Source of the DNA: Spirochaetia bacterium
GTDB taxonomy: Bacteria; Spirochaetota; Spirochaetia; SZUA-6; Bin103
Direction: 5' to 3'
NCBI GenBank assembly: GCA_965208575.1
Contig: CBDBOV010000004.1
Coordinates: 896,001 to 960,000 of the forward strand
Length of the DNA: 64,000 bases
Under the pieces are notes generated by a model, which was not told the DNA's origin, did not search any database, and saw only the letters and a program-made list of their open reading frames with translations. The position numbers and the translations under genes are program-made. Of the stretch, positions 40,113 through 48,645 are shown piece after piece (within the stretch, counting starts at the first letter, position 1; every line of letters starts with the position of its first letter).

Positions 40113-41458
40113 GCCCCAACCGCGCCGCCCTGGTTGCCCTGTACGACGCCGCGCTGAGGCGGGTAGACCCGCGGGAGATGGTGACCGGGCAGGTGACCGT
40201 CGTGGGCAGTTCCCTCGCCGCCTCGGGCGACGGCGCGCCGATGCGGATCGACCTGGACCGGTTCCGGGAGGTGCGGCTGGTCGGCGTCGGCAAGGCGGCA
40301 GCCGCGATGGGCCGCGGCGTGGAGGCGTTGCTCGGAGAACGCCTGAGCGGCGGCGTCGTGGTAACGAAGCTCGGCCATGCCGGGGCCGGACTGCGCCGCG
40401 CGCGGCTCCTGGAAGCCGAACACCCCGTGCCCGGAGAACGGAGCGCGGCCGCCGGACGGGCGATCGCCGAAGAGTGCCGGCGCGCCGGTGCGGACACGCT
40501 CCTGATCGGCGTGGTCTCCGGCGGCGGATCGGCGCTGCTGAGCGCGCCCGCCGACGGGCTGACCCTGGCCGACAAGCAGGAAACCACCCGGCTGCTGCTG
40601 GCGGCCGGCGCCACCATCGGCGAAGTCAATTGCGTGCGCAAGCACCTGTCGGCCCTCAAGGGGGGCCGCATGGCCGAGCTGATCCACCCCGCGACCTCCG
40701 TCAACCTGATCCTGTCGGACGTGGTCGGCGACCGGCTCGATACCATCGCCTCCGGCATCACCGCCCCCGACCCCACCACCTATACGGACGCGGACGCGAT
40801 CCTGCGCCGCTACCACCTGCGGCGGGCCGTTCCCGCCGCCGTGCGTGCGCGTATCGATGCCGGCGCTACGGGCGAAATCGCCGAGACGCCGAAGCCCGGG
40901 CACCGCGCGTTCGCGGCGACCCACAACCTGCTGCTCGGCTCCGGCCGTTCTGCCGTGGCCGCGGCCGCCACCGCCGCGCGCGCCGCCGGCTACGACACCC
41001 TCGTCCTGTCAACCCAGCTCACCGGCGAGGCGCGCGAGATCGCCGCCGTGTTCTACGCCCTGGCCCGCGACCTGCGCAGCGGGCGCCTCGCGCTGCGCCT
41101 CCCCGCCTGCATCGTCGCCGGCGGCGAGACCACGGTAACGGTCACCGGAAACGGCAACGGCGGGCGCTGCCAGGAGATGGCACTGGCGTTCCTGGTCCAG
41201 ATGGCGGAGGACAGCGACCCGCCACGAGCCGCCACCTTCCTGGCCGCCGGTACCGACGGCAACGACGGCCCCAACGACGCGGCCGGCGCGTTCGCCGACG
41301 CGGACGCGGTTTCGGCCGCCGCCGCTCACGACCCGCGTGCGGCGCTCGCCGACAACGACTCGCACGGCTTCGGCGCCGTGGCCGGTACGCTGTTCACGCC
41401 CGGCCCCACCAACACCAACGTCGCCGACCTCTACCTGCTGACCGTCGACCGCGCCTGA
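40109..41458 (+). CDS. Glycerate 2-kinase (DUF4147 + MOFRL, TtuD-like)
   Basis: GKAA, HPVP, SGGGSAL, VRKHLS..KGG, GGETTV, GTDGNDG, GPTNTNVAD. Confidence 0.92.
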   Translation: MSPNRAALVALYDAALRRVDPREMVTGQVTVVGSSLAASGDGAPMRIDLDRFREVRLVGVGKAAAAMGRGVEALLGERLSGGVVVTKLGHAGAGLRRARLLEAEHPVPGERSAAAGRAIAEECRRAGADTLLIGVVSGGGSALLSAPADGLTLADKQETTRLLLAAGATIGEVNCVRKHLSALKGGRMAELIHPATSVNLILSDVVGDRLDTIASGITAPDPTTYTDADAILRRYHLRRAVPAAVRARIDAGATGEIAETPKPGHRAFAATHNLLLGSGRSAVAAAATAARAAGYDTLVLSTQLTGEAREIAAVFYALARDLRSGRLALRLPACIVAGGETTVTVTGNGNGGRCQEMALAFLVQMAEDSDPPRAATFLAAGTDGNDGPNDAAGAFADADAVSAAAAHDPRAALADNDSHGFGAVAGTLFTPGPTNTNVADLYLLTVDRA

Positions 41459-41498
41459 GCACCGCGCCCGGCCTTGCCGGCACGCGTGCGCGAACCGC

Positions 41499-42014
41499 TC
41501 AGGCGAGGAGTGCAAACAGCGTCGTCAACGAAGTGATGACGGCAAACCCGATACCGATCATCCAGGTCAGCGTCCTGAACCGGCTGTCGGTGTGGCCTCT
41601 CGACTCTTCGAACCGCCGGTCCACCGTCTCGAAGCGCGCATTCATCTGGCCGACAAGGTCGTCGAAGCGCTTGTCCGCCGCCTCGAAGCGCGCATTCATC
41701 TGGCCGATAAGGTCGTCGAAGCGCTTGTCCGCCGCCTCGAAGCGTGCATTCATCTGGCCGACAAGGTCGTCGAAGCGCTTGTCCGCCGCCTCGAAGCGGT
41801 CCGCCATGAATCCGAACCGCTCATCCATCAACGCCCGCTGCGCTTTGAGCTCCTCCTCGATCCTGATCGACCTTTCGAGAAGCTGGCTTCCGACATCGCC
41901 ACGCTCCGGGTGCGGAACCATCTCCCCCACCACCTCGCGCAACCACGGCTTCACGTACTCTCCGATGCGACCGACGTCTTCGTCCCTCAGGGTCATGGGA
42001 TCTCCCATTGCCAC
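41499..42014 (-). CDS. Coiled-coil repeat protein with C-terminal TM anchor (DUF1640/CCDC90/Bdr-like)
   Basis: RFEAADKRFDDLVGQMNA x3, then LTWMIGIGFAVITSL; TATAGT and AGGAGG upstream. Confidence 0.85.
   Translation of the reverse strand: MAMGDPMTLRDEDVGRIGEYVKPWLREVVGEMVPHPERGDVGSQLLERSIRIEEELKAQRALMDERFGFMADRFEAADKRFDDLVGQMNARFEAADKRFDDLIGQMNARFEAADKRFDDLVGQMNARFETVDRRFEESRGHTDSRFRTLTWMIGIGFAVITSLTTLFALLA
41629..41798. repeat. 54-bp in-frame tandem repeat, 3 copies plus a partial
   Basis: Units start at 41629, 41683 and 41737 and differ at only two positions. Confidence 0.95.
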
Positions 42015-42055
42015 CTCCTACTATACCCAATAACGGGCCCGGTTGCGCTGCCGCT

Positions 42056-43411
42056 TCAACCGTTGCGGAAGCGATTCTCCATCGCGCGGCGCAGGACCAC
42101 GGCCGGGTCGGTTTCGTCCACGGTCACGTCGGCCCAGCGCAACACCTCGCCCGAACGGCGCGGTTGCTGCAGGGTGACGCCGTGGGCCAGTCCGAGCGGC
42201 AGCGCGCCCAACTGCACGGAGCGAGCCGCCGGGAGCTGCTTGCCCCAGACGGTATAGCCACCCTCACCGTCCAGCTCGTCGCCGGCGGCCAGGTCGCGCT
42301 TGGCCACGGCGGCGACGTCGGAGCGGAAACCGGTGGCCGCGCCGGTGGGTTCGCCGCGCAGCGCAATCGAGGCGATCGACACGCCCAGCTCGAGGCCGAT
42401 CAGATGGTCGGGCCGGTACAGGGCGAGGTAGGAGCCGGTGGCGTCGGCCTGGAAGCCGTACTCGCGAATGCACTGTGCGACGTACTCCTGGCCCGCCTCC
42501 ACTACGACGTAGGTACCCATCTTCAGGTCGTGAGGCACCGGGCTACCGTCGCGGTTGAGACTGGACACCACCTCGGTCACGGCGTCCCCGCCGGGCTCGA
42601 CCGCCAGCACGCCGCCAACGGCTCGCGGGCGCAGACGGTCGGCGAGCTGATTGCGCGCCACCGGCGGAAAGCTCAATCCGTCCGGCTGCGGCACCAGGCC
42701 GGTGGCGTTGCATACCGCGGTCATCTCGATCGCCGACTTGCTGCCGTCGATGAAACTGTTGAACATCTTCGGGTCCATGCGGCCACGTGTAGCCACTGCG
42801 TGTTCAATGCCGAAGTTATTCCATACCGTGTCGGGAGTTGACTCGTGGAACGATGGCAGGTAGCGGGTGCCTTTGCCGGCTGCGGTGACGCGGAAGCCGG
42901 CGGTGCGCGCCCAGTCCACCTGCTCACAGATCAGCGCCGGCTGATCGCCGTACGCCAAGCTGTACACCACCCCGGCGGCGGCCGCGCGCTCGGCCAGCAG
43001 CGGTCCGGCCACCACGTCCGCCTCCACCGTTACCATCACCACGCTGAGCCGCGCGTCGATCGCCGCCACCGCGTGCCGCAACCCGACCCGCGGATCGCCG
43101 GTCGCCTCCACCAGCACGTCGATGCCGCCGGCGGCGATCACCTCTTCGCCGTCCTCTCCCAGGTGGGTGCGCCCGCTGTCGCGCGCCGCCGCCGGCGACG
43201 CCGCCGCGAACTGCTCCGCCTCCCAGCCCGCCGCCGCCAGCAGGCTGCGCACCTTGGGCAGGTCGCGATCGGCGATCGCCACCACGTGCATCCCCGGCGT
43301 GCGCCGCGCCTGGGCCAGAAACATCGACCCGAACTTGCCCGCGCCGATCATCCCGACCCGCACCGGCCGTCCGTCGGCCGCGCGCCGCTCCAGTCCCGCA
43401 GCCAGATTCAC
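42056..43411 (-). CDS. NAD(P)-dependent oxidoreductase with C-terminal SAF domain (COG4091-like)
   Basis: IGAGKFG, EATG, YGDQP, FIDGSKSAIEM, AKRDL..GDELDGEGGY. Confidence 0.88.
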   Translation of the reverse strand: MNLAAGLERRAADGRPVRVGMIGAGKFGSMFLAQARRTPGMHVVAIADRDLPKVRSLLAAAGWEAEQFAAASPAAARDSGRTHLGEDGEEVIAAGGIDVLVEATGDPRVGLRHAVAAIDARLSVVMVTVEADVVAGPLLAERAAAAGVVYSLAYGDQPALICEQVDWARTAGFRVTAAGKGTRYLPSFHESTPDTVWNNFGIEHAVATRGRMDPKMFNSFIDGSKSAIEMTAVCNATGLVPQPDGLSFPPVARNQLADRLRPRAVGGVLAVEPGGDAVTEVVSSLNRDGSPVPHDLKMGTYVVVEAGQEYVAQCIREYGFQADATGSYLALYRPDHLIGLELGVSIASIALRGEPTGAATGFRSDVAAVAKRDLAAGDELDGEGGYTVWGKQLPAARSVQLGALPLGLAHGVTLQQPRRSGEVLRWADVTVDETDPAVVLRRAMENRFRNG

Positions 43412-43515
43412 GCTCCACTCCTCACGGCGGCCACTCTACCACGGTTGCCGCGGCCCGGGCCGGTTGACAACCTGCCACGGCACTCCCCAAGGTGGCGCGC
43501 GGAGCACCACGAGGC

Positions 43516-44676
43516 ATGAAAGATCCCAAGATCACCAAGCTGGAGATCCACGAGTACCGTTACGAGCTGCCCGACATGGGGCATGACGAGGATGGTTTCA
43601 ACATGGTGTACGAGCCGGGCGGAAGCCTGGTCGGCGGCGGCCACATTGTGCGCCTGATCACGGACACCGGGCCGGTGGGCGAGTGCCTGGCCGGGCGCGC
43701 CTCCGAGCTGTCCACCATTGAGCAGTTCTGGCACTACCTGAAGGGCAAGAGCGTCCTGCACCGTGAAAGGATCTACGGCGACATCAAGCGCGCCCTGCGG
43801 CAGAGCGCACGCATCGGCGTGGCGCCGATCGACAATGCGCTGTGGGACATCGCCGGCAAGTTGTTCGACGTACCGATCCATCGCCTGCTCGGCGGCCACA
43901 AGGAGTCGGTGCCATGCTACGCCAGCACCTACCACGGCGATCGGGCCGGCAGCCTCGACAGCCCGCAGGCGTACGCCGACTTCGCCGTCCAGTGCCGGGA
44001 GATGGGCTATCCGGCGTTCAAGATTCACGGCTGGAGCAAGGCGCCGGTGGCGCAGGAGGTGGCCAACGTGCTCGCGGTGCGCGCGGCGGTCGGCGACGAG
44101 ATGGACCTGATGCTCGACCCGGCCTGCGAGCTGCGCACCTTCGGCGACGCCGTCAAGGTGGGGCGCGCCTGCGACGAGGCCGGATTCTTCTGGTACGAGG
44201 ACCCGTTCCGCGACGGCGGCATTTCCCAGTTCGCGCACCGCAAGCTGCGCCAGTTGATCAGGACCCCGCTGCTGCAGACCGAGCACGTGCGCTCGCTGGA
44301 GCCGCACATCGACTTCGTGGTAGCCGACGCCACTGACTACGTGCGCGGCGACGTGGGTTACGACGGCATCACCGGGGTAATGAAACTGGCCCACGCCGCC
44401 GAAGCGCTGGGCATCGACATCGAGTTTCACGGCCCGAGCCCAGCGGCCCGGCAGTGCATGGCCGCCATCCGCAATACCAACTACTACGAGATGGGTCTGC
44501 TTGGACCCAAGGCGCCGCCGTCGCATGCCACCGAGTTGTACCTGGACCATCGCGACGAACTGGACGCCATCGATGAGCATGGCCACGTGCCGGTGGGGCA
44601 GGCGCCCGGACTCGGTGCGCAGATCAACTGGGAGTGGGTCGCCGCCCACCGCACCGGCATCCGGACCTACGACTGA
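43516..44676 (+). CDS. Enolase-superfamily (mandelate racemase-like) dehydratase
   Basis: IDNALWDIAGK, FKIH, LMLD, WYEDP, QTE, EFHG, PGLG. Confidence 0.9.
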   Translation: MKDPKITKLEIHEYRYELPDMGHDEDGFNMVYEPGGSLVGGGHIVRLITDTGPVGECLAGRASELSTIEQFWHYLKGKSVLHRERIYGDIKRALRQSARIGVAPIDNALWDIAGKLFDVPIHRLLGGHKESVPCYASTYHGDRAGSLDSPQAYADFAVQCREMGYPAFKIHGWSKAPVAQEVANVLAVRAAVGDEMDLMLDPACELRTFGDAVKVGRACDEAGFFWYEDPFRDGGISQFAHRKLRQLIRTPLLQTEHVRSLEPHIDFVVADATDYVRGDVGYDGITGVMKLAHAAEALGIDIEFHGPSPAARQCMAAIRNTNYYEMGLLGPKAPPSHATELYLDHRDELDAIDEHGHVPVGQAPGLGAQINWEWVAAHRTGIRTYD

Positions 44677-44692
44677 CAACGAGGAGCGACAG

Positions 44693-45511
44693 ATGACGAA
44701 CGGCAATTCGGTGGTAGGCGACGCCCAGCGCGAGCAGTTTCGCGAGGAGGGCCTGTGCATTCTGGAGGGCGTGATCGATTCCGAAACGGTGACCATGCTG
44801 CGCGAGGAGTGTTCCTACTTCCTCGGCTATATCGACGCGGTGATGGACGAGCAGGGGATCTCGTCCATCGGTATCACCCATCGCGGCAGCCGCTATTTCA
44901 TCGCCAACCGCTACCGCACCAGCCGGCGCATGCGCAGCTTCATCTTCGGCGGGTTGATGGCGGAGGTGACGCGGCGCCTGCTCGGCGACGAGGTGTACCT
45001 GTTCAACGAGCAGTGGGTGGTCAAGGGGCCGGAGCAGGGCATGAAGTTCTCCTGGCACCAGGACTCCGGCTACGTGCAGAGCCGCGACCTGAGCGCCACG
45101 CACGCGCCCTACCTGACCTGCTGGTGCGCGCTCGACGACGTGGATGAGGCCAACGGCACCGCCTACGTGCTGCCGCACTCGCGCGGCGGCACGCGCGATA
45201 CCATCTACCCGCACAGCCGCGAGGAGGGCAGCAACGACCTGGTCGGCTACACCGGGGACGATCCCGGCGAGCCGGTAGTCGCCCCGGCCGGCAGCATCGC
45301 GGCGTTCAGCAGCTACAACCTGCACCGCAGCGGGGCCAACACCAGCGCCGGCATGCGCCGCGTCTACCTGCCGCAGTACAGCGGCGCGCCGATTCGCGGC
45401 CGCGGCGGCGAGCTGTGGGGCATGGCGGTGCCGTTCCTGTCCTCCGGGCGCATCGTGTACCGCGCCGACGACGACACCCGCGAACGCTACGGTCCGGTGC
45501 CAGGCAACTAG
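44693..45511 (+). CDS. Phytanoyl-CoA dioxygenase (PhyH)-family Fe/2OG dioxygenase
   Basis: WHQD...CWCALDD..EANG...[10 protein letters not shown]. Confidence 0.9.
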   Translation: MTNGNSVVGDAQREQFREEGLCILEGVIDSETVTMLREECSYFLGYIDAVMDEQGISSIGITHRGSRYFIANRYRTSRRMRSFIFGGLMAEVTRRLLGDEVYLFNEQWVVKGPEQGMKFSWHQDSGYVQSRDLSATHAPYLTCWCALDDVDEANGTAYVLPHSRGGTRDTIYPHSREEGSNDLVGYTGDDPGEPVVAPAGSIAAFSSYNLHRSGANTSAGMRRVYLPQYSGAPIRGRGGELWGMAVPFLSSGRIVYRADDDTRERYGPVPGN

Positions 45512-45570
45512 CACGCAAATAGCAGGAGCGAGGCGGCTGCGTCCGCCGCCAAAAATGGTACATTAGATAC

Positions 45571-46245
45571 ATGAATCGGCGCGCACTGGTAGTTGGAGCG
45601 ATCGCGGTCGGAGCCGTGGTGGTGGTAGCCGTGGGCTGGTATCTGGCGTCGCCGCTGTTCATCAATCGGATGGTCAGCGAGGCGTTCCCGGTCGAGATAC
45701 CCACCTCGGCACAGATGCGGGAGATGTCGGCGGACGAGATGGATGCCATGGAACAGCAGATCATGGATGCCATCCCCTCCGCGGACGAGATGGACGCGAT
45801 GCCGGAACGGGCACGCGAGCGCATTCGCAAGGACGTCGAGCGGTTCGCGGCGGCGATGCCTGACAAGCACGCCATCGAACCGATGCCGGGGGCGCCGGTG
45901 CTGCTGGCCAGCGGCGAGTTCCGTGACGCCGACCGGTTCCACAAGGGCAGCGGCGTCGCCAAGCTGTACGACATTCCCGCGATCGGTCGCGTGTTGCGCT
46001 TCGAGGAGTTTCGCGCCACCAACGGCCCCGACCTGCACGTCCTGCTGGCGGCCGCGCCGCTGCCCACCAATCGCCACGACCTGGGCGAGTACATCGACCT
46101 GGGGTCTCTGAAGGGCAACGTCGGCGACCAGAACTACGACATACCGGAGGACGTGGACGTGGCCCGTTACGCCAGCGTGGTGATTTACTGCAAGCCGTTC
46201 CACGTCGTGTTCGCCACCGCCACCCTGAACCGTAGCGGCGGCTGA
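45571..46245 (+). CDS. Membrane-anchored DM13-domain protein
   Basis: [44 protein letters not shown]. Confidence 0.88.
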   Translation: MNRRALVVGAIAVGAVVVVAVGWYLASPLFINRMVSEAFPVEIPTSAQMREMSADEMDAMEQQIMDAIPSADEMDAMPERARERIRKDVERFAAAMPDKHAIEPMPGAPVLLASGEFRDADRFHKGSGVAKLYDIPAIGRVLRFEEFRATNGPDLHVLLAAAPLPTNRHDLGEYIDLGSLKGNVGDQNYDIPEDVDVARYASVVIYCKPFHVVFATATLNRSGG

Positions 46246-46282
46246 GCCCGAGCGCGTACGCCGCCCCGCTCGCCGCTCGGCA

Positions 46283-46410
46283 GCGTTCCCTACGCCAGGA
46301 GCGTTCCCTACGCCAGGAGCGTTCCCTACGCCAGGAGCGTTCCCTACGCCAGGAGCGCTCCCTACGCCAGGAGCGCTCCCTACGCCAGGAGCGTTCCCTA
46401 CGCCAGGAGC
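46283..46410. repeat. 18-bp tandem repeat x7, GCG(T/C)TCCCTACGCCAGGA
   Basis: Seven consecutive units with variant order T,T,T,T,C,C,T; the rightmost copy holds the TAG stop of the EamA gene. Confidence 0.97.
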
Positions 46411-47333
46411 ACCAGAATCACGCCCGCGACCGCAATCACGGTGGCGGCCAGGGTCATGGCACCGGGTGGCTCGCGCAGCAGCAGCGCGCTCAGGGGGGCG
46501 GCGTACAGCGGCGCCGTGGCGCCGATGATGGCCGTAAAGGTGGCGCCCGCCAGCTTGATCGACTCCACGTAGAGCATTCCCACCACTACCCAGCCCAGCA
46601 TGCCGCCCAGGACCAGCAGCCACAGCGTGCGGCGATCGCCGAGCACCCGCTCGGCGGCGTCCAGCGCGCCCGGACGCCGCAGCGCCACGCTGAGCGACAG
46701 CAGCGCCGCGATCGGCACGCGCACGGCATTCACGGCCAGGGTGGTCATGCCCTCGGCGGCCTTGGCGGTCAGAATCACCTCCAGGCCCCACACCGCCGCG
46801 GTGATCGTGGCCAGCAGCAGCCCCACCCTGCGCTTGCGCCGCGCAGTGTCCGGGACGCCGGCTTGCGTGCCAACCGCCGCGGTCCTCGGCGCTGCCCGCG
46901 GCCGCCGCTCCGGGAGCGACAGCAGCGCCCCCGCCGCGACCACCAGCAGGGCGCCGACGATCGCCAACGGCGGCGGCGCGTCTCCCAGGAGGAGAAACCC
47001 GAACAGCATCGTGAATATCGGGAAGCTGCAGATCACCGGCACGGTCCGCGCGACCCCCACCAGGCGTAGCGCCACCACGCTGCACGTGTCACCGACCAGC
47101 CCGCCTACCACGATGGCCGCCACGATCAGCAGAACGCGCTCCGGGGTGAAGGTCGCCGCCCCCGGTGCTCCGGCGGCCAGGAACCAGACCACGATCACCG
47201 CCGCTCCCAGCAGCGCACGCAGCCCGTTGAGCACGAATGGGTCCAGCCGCTGCGACAGATGGCGCAACACCACGCTGGTGGCGCTCCAGCACACGGCGTG
47301 CGCGAAGGCGATGAAGACGCCCAATGCGATCAT
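46398..47333 (-). CDS. DMT/EamA-family transporter
   Basis: 10 TM in two EamA repeats; GVARTVP, LLGD, LLRE. Confidence 0.88.
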   Translation of the reverse strand: MIALGVFIAFAHAVCWSATSVVLRHLSQRLDPFVLNGLRALLGAAVIVVWFLAAGAPGAATFTPERVLLIVAAIVVGGLVGDTCSVVALRLVGVARTVPVICSFPIFTMLFGFLLLGDAPPPLAIVGALLVVAAGALLSLPERRPRAAPRTAAVGTQAGVPDTARRKRRVGLLLATITAAVWGLEVILTAKAAEGMTTLAVNAVRVPIAALLSLSVALRRPGALDAAERVLGDRRTLWLLVLGGMLGWVVVGMLYVESIKLAGATFTAIIGATAPLYAAPLSALLLREPPGAMTLAATVIAVAGVILVLLA

Positions 47334-47368
47334 CGCCGCTGCACCGGTACGCGTCGGTTGGAGCGCTC

Positions 47369-47452
47369 GGTCCGAAATAGCCTGACGGCGAGCGATGCTT
47401 GGGTATCGGTTGTCATCGTCTTCCATCTCACGGAGTGACCGTACAGACTCAC
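47369..47452. repeat. Copy 2 of the ~84-bp dispersed intergenic element
   Basis: GTCTTCCATCTCACGGAGTGACCGTACAGACTC aligns with GTCTTCCATATCACGGAGTTACCGTACAGGCTC at 1832. Confidence 0.75.
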
Positions 47453-47481
47453 CACAAGTTAGTATGATGATCACAAGATCC

Positions 47482-48633
47482 ATGGGCAGGCAACCAAACG
47501 AGCCGGAGCAGCGCCCGGCGGCGAACGGCTCGCTGCGCCAGCGGCTGGCCCGTTTCGTGCGCCGTTGCCGCGTGCGGGCGGAGCAGGCCAAGTCCGCACT
47601 GACCGTCCACGGCGTCACCTACGCCGCCGTCAACGCCGGACTGCTGCTGGTAAACCTGATTACCTCGCCCCGCTTTCTGTGGTTCCTGTTCCCGCTCGCC
47701 GCCTGGGGAATCGGTCTGCTGCACCACGTCACCGAGGCCCGCGTGCGGGCGCGCGAGGCGCGCGAGGCCGCGGCGCTTCCCCCGCTCAACAAGCGCGCGC
47801 TGCAGCAGGTACGCACGCTGTTTGCCGTACGCCGCCGCCTGCGCCACCACCTCACCACGGCCGCGGGGTTGTCGGCGTTCCTGGTGGGGCTCAACATCCT
47901 GCTGACGCCGAGGGACGGCCCGTGGGCGCTTATCCCGATTGTCCTGGCGCTCGGGCCTCCCCTTGTCATTCACTACGCCGTGGCGCGCGCACGGGGCCGG
48001 CGGCTGCGCCGCGAACTGGCGGACAAGGGGCTGGATCTCGAGTCGGCGGTTGCCGACCTGGCGACGCTCCCGGTGGACGACCCGGAGGTGCTGCTGTCCG
48101 ACGCACCGCTGCTGGCAGAGGCCGCGGAACTGCGCGAGGCGATCCTCGCCGACCTGCAGGACGGCGGGGCGGACGCCGATCGCTGGCGCACGGAACTGCA
48201 GCCGGAGCTGGACACCTATACGCGCCACATCGGCGCGCTGCTGCAGGCGCGCCGCGAGCTGGAACGGGCCGGCGCGCGCGTATCCGCGGCGGAAATCACC
48301 GAGGAACTCGCCGTCCTGAACGGCAAGCTGGATGAAGCTACCTCCGCCGAGTTGCGCCGCGAATACCAGACTGCCGTGGCGCAGTACGAGGGCCAGCTCA
48401 ACTCGCTCCAGGATCTGCAGGAACGCATCGAGATGACCGACCTGCGCGCCAAGTCCGCGATACTGGCGCTGCGCCAACTCTCACTCGATATTCCGCGGTT
48501 GCGCGCCGCCCCCGCCGGTGAGCCGGCCGCCCTGGTGTCGCTGCGCGGCAAGTCGCAGGAACTGACCCGCTACCTCGAAGACCTGCGCGCCGGCCACCGC
48601 GATCTCGACGACGCCGCGGTCCGTCCGCCGTAG
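47482..48633 (+). CDS. Protein with two 2TM-type hairpins and a C-terminal coiled coil
   Basis: H..TYAAVNAGLLLVNL...WFLFPLAAWGIGLLHH (2TM motif) repeated, followed by a helical tail. Confidence 0.75.
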   Translation: MGRQPNEPEQRPAANGSLRQRLARFVRRCRVRAEQAKSALTVHGVTYAAVNAGLLLVNLITSPRFLWFLFPLAAWGIGLLHHVTEARVRAREAREAAALPPLNKRALQQVRTLFAVRRRLRHHLTTAAGLSAFLVGLNILLTPRDGPWALIPIVLALGPPLVIHYAVARARGRRLRRELADKGLDLESAVADLATLPVDDPEVLLSDAPLLAEAAELREAILADLQDGGADADRWRTELQPELDTYTRHIGALLQARRELERAGARVSAAEITEELAVLNGKLDEATSAELRREYQTAVAQYEGQLNSLQDLQERIEMTDLRAKSAILALRQLSLDIPRLRAAPAGEPAALVSLRGKSQELTRYLEDLRAGHRDLDDAAVRPP

Positions 48634-48645
48634 GCGGAGACTGCC

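Noticed and set aside
42056-43411. Flagellar FlgA or a true homoserine dehydrogenase
   Set aside because: The similarity is limited to the SAF and Rossmann domains, a common misannotation
46283-46410. 18-bp repeat as a CRISPR array, or as a coding GNAPGV repeat in ORF 45508-47085
   Set aside because: There are no spacers, and that ORF overlaps two real genes and is a shadow frame
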